In this document: piece by piece, positions 1 through 13,019 of the stretch
How the letters are laid out: each line of letters begins with the position of its first letter
Position numbering within the stretch: position 1 is the stretch's first letter
NCBI GenBank assembly: GCA_951406725.2
Contig: OX597819.1
Location: 84,382,001-84,446,000 of the forward strand
Length of the DNA: 64,000 nucleotides
Direction: 5' to 3'
Origin: Octopus vulgaris
Lineage: Eukaryota
Translations under genes and position numbers: made by a program
Notes under the pieces: model-generated
The model's database searches: none
What the model was told of the DNA's origin: nothing
The model's input: only the letters and a program-made list of their open reading frames with translations

Positions 1-108
1 ATGCAGAACATGTTGTATTATCGAATAATTGCCACACACACACAAAACATGATGTACATCAATAATTCTCTCTTATATCATTATAACAACATGTTCATAA
101 ATTTCCTT

Positions 109-157
<49 letters not shown>

Positions 158-1103
158 TCCCTCTCTCTCTCTCTGATATATCTATAATTCATTTCATGTT
201 AAAGAAATATTATCACAGTATAACATTAAGATGGATGGCATAAATGAGAAGAGTAGTCATTCATTTTTGATTCATCATCCATTTATTGCTAAAAGTTTGT
301 TTGGGATGTGGTGGACTAAAGAATGATAAAAGAATAGCATCATAGAGTTCTATCCATAAACTTGGTTGGGTATTTTCTGTGATTATTTCTGGATGAGAAA
401 GACACACAGACAGAGAGGAAGAGAGAGGAGGAATGAATGAATGACAGTCATATTTGGTGGATATGATAGCAAATAGTGCCTCATGTGAATGCATGAATGC
501 ATTCTTTGCTCTTGTCTCTCATTCACTCTATCTATCATTCACACCAGTTTGCTATTGTCTGTCTGTCTCTGTAAATCTGATGTTTTAATACACTTCAGAA
601 TGAATCTGATTGGACAGATTTGTGCTGATGTCATCACTAAAAAATCTGGAAGATGTTTGCATTGGTCAGATTTTTGCTGACGTCATTCCTCAATCTGCCA
701 AAACTTCATTAGTTCTTTATGAAAATTTTGATAATTGGGGTAGGGGAAAGATCTGCTACACATGCTACACTAATTCTTTAACCTTTTATAACCATACTTT
801 TAACAAAATACATTGCCTATTTTTTTTCAATTGATTTTAAAGATAAAGAATTTGGAGAGAGTTTGTAAAATAGAAGGTAAATTTCTTCATTATTAATCTG
901 GTGTCTGAGACATAACATAAAAGCATGCTCTTACAATAATGATGAAAGGTTTCAATTTAAATATAAGCTTTTAAAAGAGTTGTTAAATATCATAGAATAA
1001 AAGTGTTCCCAAGCAAGGTAGCGTCAAAGGGATTAAAGTATATTTTACATGAGCTAACAGACAAAATATTTTAAAAAACACAATAATTAATAAATAACAT
1101 TAC

Positions 1104-1230
1104 CTATGTGGTCCAACATGATGAAAGGATCACATGATGATATACTTCCTCCAATCACCTTCCTGACGAGAAAGCCTCCACCATGGGTCTGTTTCACAGT
1201 CTGAAGGTTTGTCACAGTTTTATGTGTCAT
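1104..1230 (-). CDS. Pirin-family (cupin) protein, first coding exon; gene continues beyond the left edge of the window
   Basis: Minus strand translates MTHKTVTNLQTVKQTHGGGFLVRKVIGGSISSCDPFIMLDHI(G), matching the pirin N-terminal pattern (E)GGGFxVRR..G....DPF(L/I)(L/M)LDH.G. Acceptor tttcaatgtag precedes 1243, in-frame TGA TGA lie just upstream of the ATG, and the donor ATAG|GTAATG follows 1104 (phase 1). Confidence 0.85.
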
Positions 1231-1956
1231 TATTCATCATATTCTACATTGAAATATAAATGTACAAAACTGTGAGAATAAATATCAGAAACATGAATAA
1301 TCTAAATAACTTACCTATGATAAAAATATACCTAATTCAGTCATAAATTAAAAACAAAATAATTATGGAGACATCTTGTAATTGTAAATTTTGTGGTGGA
1401 CAAATGCTTAGAAACATTTGACACTTCTCACAACAAAACTGAGAGGAGTTACAAATGGCTACAAAAGTCTAGCAGTTAATAACATGTTTCAGTCCTGAAA
1501 GTCTTCCTTACATATCTGTCATTAAGAAAACATTACTTATTTTTCAGCAGAGTCTATTTTTTTTACAACTAGGTAAAATGAACAAAGTAAAGTTGTTTGC
1601 TTCATCTTTAAATGGTTGCATTGCTATGGATTAAATTTATATAAGCTTCCAGTCTCAAAGCCATGGTATTTACTCTAATCTTGTATGTAAACATAGAGAG
1701 TAAAAAGAATATAAAAAAAAAATAATGGAACAAGAGGAAAAAAAAACACATTTATCATCATATATTATGTATTAGCTTGATATGCCAAAATAATTTCTCT
1801 AGTACTGGTGGCATGACAAAACACATCCAGTGTATAAGACATACATCACAACAAAGATGACCTGTTTTCTCTGTTTCTATATTTGCAAGTTGATGTAGAT
1901 TTGTGACAACCTATACCAATGTGTTCTAAACCATGCTAGTATGGAAGACAGAATTG

Positions 1957-2297
1957 GTGATGATGGTGGTGGTGGTGGTTGTAGCAGTGGTGGCGGTGGT
2001 AGTGGTGGTCGTTGTAGCAGTGGTGGTGGTGGCGGCAGCGGCAGTGGTGGTGGTGGTGGCAGCGGCGGCAGTGGTGGTGGTGGTGGTGGTGGTGGCGATG
2101 GTGGTGGCAATGACAGTGGCATGGCAATGGCATCAATTATAATGGAGGTGGTGGTGGTGGTGTTGATGCCGGTGCTGGTAGTGTGTTAATGCTAATGATC
2201 AACTTCATTGTCATCATCATTATCATTATCGTCATCATAATCACTGTCATCAACATCACCACCAACACCATCACTGTCATCATCATTATCATCATCA
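1957..2297. repeat. (GGT/GGC)n tract followed by an (ATC)n tract
   Basis: Imperfect trinucleotide arrays; they account for the spurious poly-G/P/V/H/I ORFs. Confidence 0.95.
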
Positions 2298-2562
2298 CAA
2301 TGAAACAGAGGCTGTTTTTGACATCAACATTATTACAGCTGACCAAAGTTTCTTGTAAATCTTGCAAACCAATGAGGGGAAAAAATCCTATGTGATTGCT
2401 TGATTAACTAGAATTAAGAGCCAAAACTTCCTCAAATCAAACCCTACCACTTTAAAGAACAAAGAACAATACTAACTAAACGATACAGATCTGAATACGT
2501 TACAGGAGAAAATATAATGTAATGGTGATAGACAGACCACTCTTTAAACTATAGTTCAAATA

Positions 2563-2779
2563 TGAAGGGGTGCTGAAAAGTACCTGGATTTGGGTAAAAG
2601 AAAATATAGAAGGATCAGTTAATTATGATTTTATTCAACATATACACCTCTTGGTTTCACACACTTATTACACTGGTCCTTCAGTTTTTCTAAATCCTGA
2701 AAAAGGACTCGGAAGGTTGGGCCTGAAACCAAGCCTTTCACAATACCTTTAAAGCAAGGAACTTTTCAGCATACCCTCA
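2563..2779. mobile_element. Mariner-derived MITE (TA target duplication)
   Basis: TA|tgaaggggtgctgaaaagt ... acttttcagcataccctca|TA. An inverted copy is at 52681-52892 and an internally deleted copy at about 33795-33945. Confidence 0.8.
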
Positions 2780-3094
2780 TAGTGCTCTATTAACAAAAGA
2801 AGAAAAAAACACTCTAAACAATTTCTTTTACTGATGGCATTTTAAAGAGGTCATCTGTTCTAGCAATTCAGGTAAGAGTTGCCAAACCACAAAGAAACTG
2901 CTTGAATTTGAAAAGTGAGCTTCATTCAATCTTCAGCTTCCTTTAAATAGTACTAATGCTTCCCAGATGATAGATTTAGTTCTTTCAATAATTTAAGTTG
3001 TACCCACAGATGCAGGCATAGCTGTGTGGTTAAGAAGCTCACTTTGCAACCATGTGGTTTCAGGTTCAGTCCCATTGCATGGCACATTAGGCAA

Positions 3095-3560
<466 letters not shown>

Positions 3561-4519
3561 TATGTTTGTGTCTGTGTTTTTCCCCCCATCATCGCTTGAT
3601 GACCGATGCTGGTGTGTTTACGTTCCTGTAATTTAGTGGTTCGGCAAAAGAGACCAATAGAATAAGTACTAGGCTTACAAAGAATATGTCCTGGAGGTTG
3701 ATTTGCTCGACTAAAGGCGGTGCTCCAGCATAGCCACAGTCAAATGACTGAAACAAGTGAAAGATTAAAAGAGTATAAGAGTAGAGAGAGAGGGGGACAG
3801 AGAGAGAAACAGAGAGAGGAAAGCAGACAGACAGACAGAACAAGATTTCTGTCTCTTCTCAAAGCTCATTTCTCCAGCATTCACCACTTCACCTCATTAT
3901 GGCTTCACAGCCCTTACCGTTTGTTTTTACTGTTTTGTTCTCATTGTCCTGTTTTTGTCACTACTTTAACCCTCCACAAATCCCAAATTTTTAAAATTTG
4001 TTTTGTGGAAACGACTGTTTTAATGAAGTCGCGTCTTGTCCCTACACAGAGTAAATAAAACAGAGGACAACCGATGAATGGAATGTTCTTTAGGTTGCCA
4101 GTCTCGTTTCTCTATTTGTTTCTTTCATTTTTTGAAAGAAAAAAAGTCTGTTTTCCATGTTTTTGTTTTTCATGTTCTCGTTTCTCATTTTCTTCATGTT
4201 TTTTTTAATGTCCTGTATCCATATATGCCAGTATATATACAAATATATGTAGGTAACTAACAGTTTTGCATCCGCAAAGTGCTTAGCTTTATAGACAACT
4301 CTTCAGACCCCAATGGCTGCAGCCATTGGAGTCTGGTGAGTCATCTATAAAGCTAAGCACTTTATGGATACAAAGCCATTGGTCACTGTATGACCGGACA
4401 TATATTTAACTTCATGTATATACATTACAGCTCTAACCTTTAGAGTGTGCTTCTTTTTCAGAAATATGATCCACTGATGAGAGAGGGTGGGGAGAGTGAG
4501 AGAGTGAGAGAGATTGTGT

Positions 4520-4582
<63 letters not shown>

Positions 4583-6266
4583 CGTGTGTGTGTGAACGTA
4601 TATGATGGCATGTATATGTATGCCAACGTATGTCTATGTCCTTGTAGTTTTTCCTCCCACCACTTTGACAACCAGTGTTATTTTGTTTATGTCTCCCATA
4701 ACTTAGGAGGTTCAGCAAAAGAAACCAAGAAAATAAGTTCCAGACTTTTATAAAAAAATAAGTATTAGAGTCAATCTTTTAGACAAAACCCTTTAATGCA
4801 GTGCTCCAGCATAGCCACAGTCCAGTGACTGAAACAAGCAAAAGATACCAATTCTACAATTGGGGTACTTGCTTAACTTTCTGTTTCCAATTCTTTCTAT
4901 CCTTCTTTCTTTATACACTCTGATGTTTTCATCCTAGTCTATATTGTAATATCCTTGAACCAGTCTCTCTTTTGTTGCTCTCTCCTCCTTCTACCTTCTA
5001 TTTTTTCCCAAACATTATTATATTTTCAAATAAGGTAGTGAGCTGGCAGAATCATTAGCACACCAGACAAAATACTTAGCAATATTTCTTTCAAGGCTTC
5101 ATGGTAAAGACTAGAATCATATCCAGAGTGTCAATACTATTGAAAGCAAAGTAAAGCACCAGCCTTAAAGACAATTGTGGTTTATGGAAGATTGTCTGAT
5201 AACCAGTTCAGCCCATAGTTAGGATCATTCTATTTCAAAATCATTTCAAATCAATTCAGAATACATTTCAGTATCTTGTTTTTCGTTACCAACAGAGAAA
5301 ATAATTACATATAAAACATGTATGTTTGTGATACATATATAATACACAGCCACATTAAAATACAAATCCAAAACTGAAGAAAGCATAAACATGAGTGAAG
5401 AAAGAAAAAAAAATTAAAGAAAAGAAAAAAGAGGAAGAAAGAAAGTAAAAGAAAGAAAAAACATCAATTCAACACTAAATACCTCAATTGGTCACACACC
5501 ACAAGGTTCAACAGAACCAACTGAAGAAAGCCAACATGCTCACAGAATTACCACGAGCAATGGCAAGGTTAAGACATTTGAACAACCAGGCACATTCATG
5601 GACATCATCTGACACTGCAACAAGGCAAGTCACCATCTAAATACTTTATTTGGGTTCTCAGTTTTAGAAATGGTAAAGTGCCATTAGAAATGGTAAAATG
5701 CCTTAAAACTGTAAGAAAATAAAGCTATGCTATAAATAAGTGTCTGTCTTCTAGTGATGTTAAAACAGATACCAGTTATGAACTGGGATTGATTTAATCA
5801 ACTGTTCCCTTTTTTCACTGTTTGAATTTTGGGGCCTGAATTATAAACCCACACTAATACTTAGTTTAAATGAGTTTCAGTATTAGAAATTGAAAAAGAA
5901 AATTAACTTGGTTCATTGTATCAACTAAGTCATCTTCCTTTATTTAATTTATCCAAGTGAGAAGAATTTTAATATTAAGATGGAGTGGAATGTTCTTTGT
6001 GTGTGTGTGAGTGTGATAGAGAGATAGAGTGTGTAAGAGAATGGGGTGCATGTGTCTATGTGTGTCTTTGCATTTATCCAGAGAGAACTACAGAGATACT
6101 GAGAGAAAAGGGAGATCCAATTGTTTTTCATGGCTAACTGCTCTTTCTATTGTTATTTCAATGACACGAAACATTCTTTTGTCTAGCTTCGTTGCATTTT
6201 CTGTTTTCTGTGTAATAAAAACCATATCAAAATAATTGGCATCAAATGCACACATCACATCACATC

Positions 6267-6300
<34 letters not shown>

Positions 6301-6690
6301 CCTCTCCACCAACCACCATTCCATACACTCTGTACAACAATTATAATTCATTTCTTAGTTCTGTGTTTTAAAATATGCAGTTTCAGAATGGATCAATGGA
6401 TCAATAGTTTGCATTCTGCACAAATTGCTTATGTATTTATTGTTATTGCTATTATTTCTGCAGATAAAGAAATAGTTCTTCTCTTCCTCCTCCTCTTTCT
6501 TCTTTTCCTTCTCTTTTTTCTTACTCTCCTTCTTCTTCATCAATGTTGTTACCATTTGTTGTTACTTTCCTTTTTACTTAACACAATCCTCCCCAACTAC
6601 CACCACATTGTATCATATCTTGTCTTTGTACTATGCCCTCTTAGGTCTCTAGAGCCAATAAAAATATCATAAACATCATTATTATTATTA

Positions 6691-6737
<47 letters not shown>

Positions 6738-6739
<2 letters not shown>

Positions 6740-6964
6740 AGTGGTGAGCTGGCAGAATTGTTAGCAGGCTGGGCAAAATGCTTAGCAGTATTTCACCCGT
6801 CTTGACATTCTGACTTCAATTTCCACAGGGGTTGACCTTGCTTTCATCCTTTCAGGGTTGATAAATTAAGTACCAGTGAAACACTGGGGTCAATGTAATT
6901 AACTCATCCCCTCCCCCAAAATAGCTGCCCTTGAAGCAAAATTTGAAGTCATTATTATTATTAC

Positions 6965-7003
<39 letters not shown>

Positions 7004-7254
7004 GAAGGCAGCAAGCTGACAGAATCATTAGCATGCCAGGTAAAATGCTTAGTGGCATTTTAACCATTGCTACGTTCTGAGTTCAAATTCCACTGGGGTC
7101 AACTTTACTTTTCATCCTTTCGGGGTCGATAAAATAAGTGCCAGTTGAGCACTGGGTTGATATAATTGACTTACCCACTCTCCACGAAATTTCAGGCCTT
7201 GTGCCTATATTAGAAAGGATGATGATGATGAAGATGATGATGATGATGATGATG

Positions 7255-7310
<56 letters not shown>

Positions 7311-7760
7311 GGTGGTGAGTTAGCAGAATTGTTAACATGCCGGGCGAAATGCTTAGTGGTATTTCGGCTGTCTTTACATTCTGACTTCAAATTACACCAA
7401 GGTTGACTTTGCCTTTCATCCTTTTGGGGTTGATAAATTAAGTCCCAATGAAACACTGGGTCGATGTAATCAATTAGTCCCCTTCCCCCAAATTTCAGGC
7501 CTTGTGCCTTTAGTAGAAAATATTATTATTATTCTTAAGGCAGTTGGCAGACAAATTCATTACTGCTCCAGACAAATGGCTTTGTGGCATTTTTTGTGGC
7601 TCTTTACATTCTGAGTTTAAATTCTGCTGAGGTCAACTTTGGCTTTCACCCTTTCAGGGGCCATGAAATAAGTTCCAATCACGAACTGGGATTGATGTAA
7701 TCGACTTACCCCCACCTCCTTCAAAAACCATTGGCCCTGCACCAAAATTTGAAACCATTA
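6738..7760 (+). mobile_element. Four head-to-tail copies of an about 215-bp (ATT)n-tailed tRNA-derived SINE
   Basis: Unit aaggtggtgagctggcagaa...GAGTTCAAATTCC (B box)...gcctttcatcctttcggggtcgataaa...ggccttgtgcc, with units separated by (TTA)n. Roughly 20 copies in the window, e.g. 8522, 8998, 9251(-), 11069, 13735(-), 20575(-), 33208(-), 51763, 55462 and 63672(-). Confidence 0.88.
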
Positions 7761-7789
7761 TTACTGATTTGACTCAGGTTCAGTCTTAT

Positions 7790-8186
7790 TATTAGTAGGA
7801 TTTATATGGGTAGTGGGTAACTACCAGTAACCTCAAGTATCCACAAGCTTTTAATAGTCTTTCAAGTCCTTAGAACCTTCCTGATAATCTATCCTGTCTC
7901 TAAGGGGCAAACTTTCTATAGAAGCTCTACAGAGTATTCTATTCCAACCTCCTTTAACCATTTGTCTATATCTTTGCTCACAGTACCCAATGCACCAGTA
8001 ATTATAAGCACAACCATTACAGTTTTCATACTCCAAATTCTTGCAATTTCAAATTTTAAGGGATTGTATTTTTTTTTTGTCCTCTTTCTTTATGATCCTG
8101 GAATCAAACGAACATGATAGATTAAGTAGTAAGCAACTTCGCTTTTCGTTGTCTTTTACTGTTATGTCTGGTCTATAATTTTCTAG
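7790..8186 (-). mobile_element. R4/Dong-clade non-LTR retrotransposon 3' fragment (restriction-like endonuclease domain)
   Basis: NYRPDITVKDNEKRSCLLLNLSCSFDSRIIKKEDKK..PLKFEIARIWSMKTVMVVLIITGALGTVSKDIDKWLKEVGIEYSVELL: an RPD..D..EK RLE-like motif plus GALG. Abuts a (TAA)n array. Confidence 0.85.
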
Positions 8187-8237
<51 letters not shown>

Positions 8238-9955
8238 GGATTTATAGCATAAGCTCTTGGGCAGACAATGGTTATTAAAAGTCTGCAAACTACAAACAGG
8301 AATGCTAATGGAAAAAAACAAACAATATTTTAAGATAACATCACTAATGTACAGCTTGGAAAAATACTAGAACCAACTGGATAATCCATAACAGATGGAT
8401 CTATACTGGCTGTAAGTCACTAGGATACTATTGGCAAGAAGGTGCCAACTAAAGGTCAATAAACCACGCCATTTAAGGGCCTTGTCTGTAATAAAGAAAT
8501 TGTTATTGTCATCATTGTTGTTAGGACAGTAAATTGGCAAATGAGTAGAGCAACAGACAAAATGCTTAGTGATATATACTGTGACTCTTTACATTTTGAG
8601 TTGAGTTATCACTGTGGTTAACTTTGCCTTTCATCCTTTTAGGGTTCCTTAAAATAAAGTACCACTCAATACAATACAAGGATCACTATAATCCACTAAA
8701 CTGTCCCCCAAATTTCAGGCCTTGTACCTATGTTTGAACATTTTTGCTGTTGTTGTTGTTGTTGTTATCTGTCCCCAGGTCAGACTCAATCAAACAAACC
8801 TATGGTCAAAAGCAATCCAGCCATGACTAATCCATCTCAATTTCAGACATAGTATACCAAAAACAACATTACCCAGTGTGTCCTTCCTTTAAAACAATAG
8901 AAAAAGATTTGCAAGTTCATTGACTGCTATTTCTACCAGTTAAAGTGACCATATAAAGACTCTCTTGTCAATTTATTATTATTATTGTTATCAAGGGTAA
9001 GGTGGCGAGCTGGTAAAACTGTTAGTATACTGTGCAAAATGTTTAGCTGCATTTTGTCTTTACAGTCTGAGTTCAAATTGCACTCAGGTTGACTTTGCCT
9101 TTCATCTTTTTGGAGTCAACAAAGAAAGTACCAGTTGAACACTGGGGTCGATGTAACTGACTTGCCACCACCCCTAAAATTGTTGGCCTTGTGCCAAAAT
9201 TTGAAACCATTATTGTTACCAAGAGTGGTGGATGGAAGAACTGGTGTATTCTTTTCCACTCTAGACAAAAGGCCTAAAATTTTGGGGGAGAGGCCAGTCG
9301 ATTAGATCAACCCCAATACACAATTGGTACTTATTTAATCGACCCTGAAAGGATGAAAGGCAAAGATGACCTTGGTGGAATTTGAACTCAGAACATAAAG
9401 ACAAACGAAATACCGCTAAGCATTTCACCTGGCATGCTAACGCTTCTGCCAGCTTACTGGTGTATTACTGGATAAAATGTCTTACTGAATTTTGAGTTCA
9501 AATCCTACATCCTCAACTTTACCTTTCAGTCATGCAGGGTCAATAAAGTAAAAAACCAAGGAAACAACGAGATTGATGATCATGCTCTGAAAATTTTGTG
9601 GCTTAATGCTAATCCTTCTCTCTGGGAGAACAACTATAATATATTTAGATACTAGGGTCTTTTACAACATCTTCAGGCTGAACAATACAACCTGAGTGGA
9701 ATTGGTAGACAGAAATTGTATGAAAGCCTATCCTCATCCTCATCATCATCGTCATCGTCATCATCATCATCGTCATCGTCATCATCCTCATCATTGTTCT
9801 CATCCTCGCCATCATCGTCATCATCATCATCACTACTGTACAGCTTTCCCAACCACAGGTTCAGTCCCACTGCATGACAAGTGTTTTCTACTATAGTCTT
9901 GGGCCAACCAAAGCCTTGTGTGTGGATTTGGTAGACAGAAACTGAAAGAAGCTTG

Positions 9956-9987
<32 letters not shown>

Positions 9988-10650
9988 ATGTTTGTCCCAC
10001 TAGTGTTGGTTTGTTTATGTCCCTGTAACTTAGCAGTTCAGCAAAAACAAAAGACCAATAGGATAAGCACCAGATCTAGCATGAGTAGTTAGCACAGGAG
10101 TAATGAGAAACATGTGTTCAGGAGAAGGCAGAATGACTTTCAAGTCTGAATAACCAAACTTCTGAAGGCCACAAAGTGACACTACAACTGTTTCTATCTG
10201 TGAGTACAGAAACAAATGGCATGAGACAGATGGTCTGAGCAAAAGGCCAAGTTGATGGCCTTTTATCAGGAAGAACTAAAAAACAAGAAAAACAGAGGAG
10301 AGAGGAAAGTAGTGGGGAGCAGCCAAAGTAGCAGGATCCAGCTTCCAAAGCACCATCAGTCACAACTTCAGAAATGGAAGAGGAAGAGGCCACCTCATGC
10401 CCAATCCTAAAATTAAGGGAGCAAACATTCCCTCTTCTAACTATTGCTGCTAGTACACACCACTCCCTCTCTTTGTAATTAGCAGAGGTCAACTTGGCTT
10501 TTCATACTTCTGAAGCCAATAGAATAAAACACCAGTTAAATATTGGGGTCAATTTAAAGGACTCACCCACACCTCTCAGTATTGCTGGCTTTGTGCTTAA
10601 ATTAGAAACCATAATTACTATTTTTATTATGATTATTATTATTATTATTA

Positions 10651-11007
10651 TCTCTCTATATATAAACAGCAAAATGTCTGTGTGTGTCCTTTATACAAAT
10701 CCACAATTTTTCAGTTAGAGAACTTGCACTTTCTATGGTCATTCAAACCCGTCCAAGGGTGGTTGTGCACATCTTTACATTTCCCCAGTCACCCAGCAAA
10801 GCCATTAAAAAATCAATAGAAGTAACTTTTTGTGAATTTTCTATCCAAAACCCAATCAAAATGCTTGAAACTTGATACGCCAATTGAATGCCAGCTAGCT
10901 GTATGTGATAGGTCGGAGGTTTGGACAGTACTCGCGTGTATGTGCGCACGCAGCTGTATATGTATGCACTAGTACTATGACCCGGCATTGCCGGGTCATA
11001 GTGCTAG
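10651..11007 (+). mobile_element. Non-autonomous Helitron
   Basis: A|TC 5' end, CTAG|T 3' end and a GC-rich subterminal hairpin ATGACCCGGCA-T-TGCCGGGTCAT; inserted in a (TTA)n array. A second copy lies at 45725-46089. Confidence 0.85.
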
Positions 11008-11022
11008 TTATTATTATTATTG

Positions 11023-11061
<39 letters not shown>

Positions 11062-12490
11062 CATTCACTAAGGCAGCAAACTGACAGAATTGTTAACACA
11101 CCAAGCAAAATATTTAATGGCATTTAATTTGTCTTAACGTTCTGAGTTCAAATTCTGTTGGGGTCAACGTCACCTTTCATCCTTTTGGGGTCGATAAAAT
11201 TAGTACCACTCGAGAACTGGGGTTGGTGTAATCAACTTACTGCCTCCCCTGAAATTGTTGGCCTTGTGCCAAAATTTTAAATCATTATTAATGCATTCAC
11301 TGATTGTCATGGAATTATCTGTTCCTGTAAGTTTACCAATTGTCTTTTTGCTTTAACAGGATTTCATAAATGTTTTTATTGTTGAACATTTTGTTGCAGA
11401 GCACACCAGAAGAGGTGCATGGTCTTTTTCTTTTTATTGATCTTGTAGAAAGCCATATTTTAATTGAATCATTACTGTTGTGAAAAATATATTGTTTTTA
11501 ATAATTTTTCTTTTTCTTTTTTAATGGAGTCCAGAGAAAAAGTAATAATAGTTTTTACTTGATAAAAAAGAGAGGGAAGTAAGAGATGAAGAAAGGAGCA
11601 AGGGGGAGAGTAAGAATACCTCACCAAATAAGTGGCATTTCTATTACAGTAACTACTGCTGCTGCATAGCAACCAAAAGCATTGATGTCACAGCCAAAGC
11701 TGCTAGATTACACCAAGGAAATGCAGATAATACCAAAATCTACACAGCTATTTGTAGTAGTAGCAAAAAAAAAGCAAAAACAAAAATAACAATGATGAAA
11801 TCACAACTAAGATTACTATCATTTGTCAATGCTGACAGTCAATGGATGTATCATTTACTCAGGAACAAAGAAAATATAGTGTATAATACATAATACAAAT
11901 GATAGCATATGCCCTGAGGTGATGACACTTCCAGCTGAGGAAATGAACAGCACCCTGAATAAGAACACTTCTTTACAGGTGCATCAACAATAGAGACAGA
12001 AAGCTGCAGTATCTCCAATACAAACCAAGAACTGCTTGGAAGAGTCATGGTCTGCTGTGATTTGTGTGACAAGAGGGAAACAGCATGAAGCAGTGGTGGC
12101 CATCTGAAACAGCATGGAGGAAGCGCAAGGATTTTGTCATTACCCCACCTTATACAGAGCAATGGGTGACCAAAGTAGTATCACCAATATGCTGCCTTGC
12201 AGGACCAGATCAGCACAGAGAAGTTATAGGGATTAAGGCCACCTCCCAGTATAGCGTTCCAGATGTAGGCTACACCAGAGAATTTTGCTAAAACACTTAT
12301 GGTTCCACTTTAGGAAGTGTAAAGCCTTGAGAGAAACTCCCTCAGGGTCAAAAAGCAATTATACTCTACCTTGCAAACTTTTTCTTGGAGGCCCAACTAG
12401 TCAGATGTTTCTTGAGGCAAGGTACAATGGTCAGACAACAGTACACCACTGACTGAAACAATGTAGGTGTCACTCACTTCTCCCTGGCAT

Positions 12491-12710
12491 GTAACCCTTT
12501 AGCATTTAGATAATTCTGTCAAATGTAATGCTTATTTATTCATATTGGTTTGTAATTTATCTTGCATTATCTTGTAGCTTTGACATTTCCATGATGTGAT
12601 CATTTATTTTTTAGACTAACATTGTAGGAAGGCTGGATCTGGCCAGTTTGAACATAAAACAAGAAGAATATTTTAGCCAGATATAGCCAGTTTAAATGCT
12701 AAAGAGTTAA
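12491..12710. mobile_element. About 220-bp piggyBac-like MITE (TTAA-CCCT ends), multicopy
   Basis: (t)taaccctttagcattt ... aaatgctaaag(a/g)gttaa. Further copies at about 27237-27445 (reverse), 32443-32656, 38740-38960, 50923-51140, 53800-53990 and 59690-59860. Confidence 0.7.
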
Positions 12711-13019
12711 GAAACATTTTCCTCACAGCCCATTCCTGAATGAGACTAGGCACCTTGCTCGTGATTTCTTCCTAGTATTTTTCCCTTCACCCAGTGACTA
12801 AACCATTAATAAAAAATATTATTAATAATTATTTCTAAATCAGAGACAAGGCCTGAAATTTTATGGGAGGGGGATAATTGATTGTATCAACCCCAGAACT
12901 TAACTAGTAATGGATTTATCGATCCTGGTCGAATGAAAGGCATGGTTGACCTCCATAGGGGTCAGAATATTAATGGCCATAATTGCAGAACTCAGAATAT
13001 TAATGGTCATAATTGCAGC

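Noticed and set aside
1877-2395. Poly-Pro/Gly/Val/His/Ile ORFs
   Set aside because: Translations of (GGT)n and (ATC)n microsatellites, open in several frames on both strands with no splice support.
10075-12420. GC-richer segments with 124-aa (10118-10492) and 103-aa (11851-12162) minus-strand ORFs
   Set aside because: No recognisable domain or consistent splice chain; probably decayed retroelement pieces that I could not classify.
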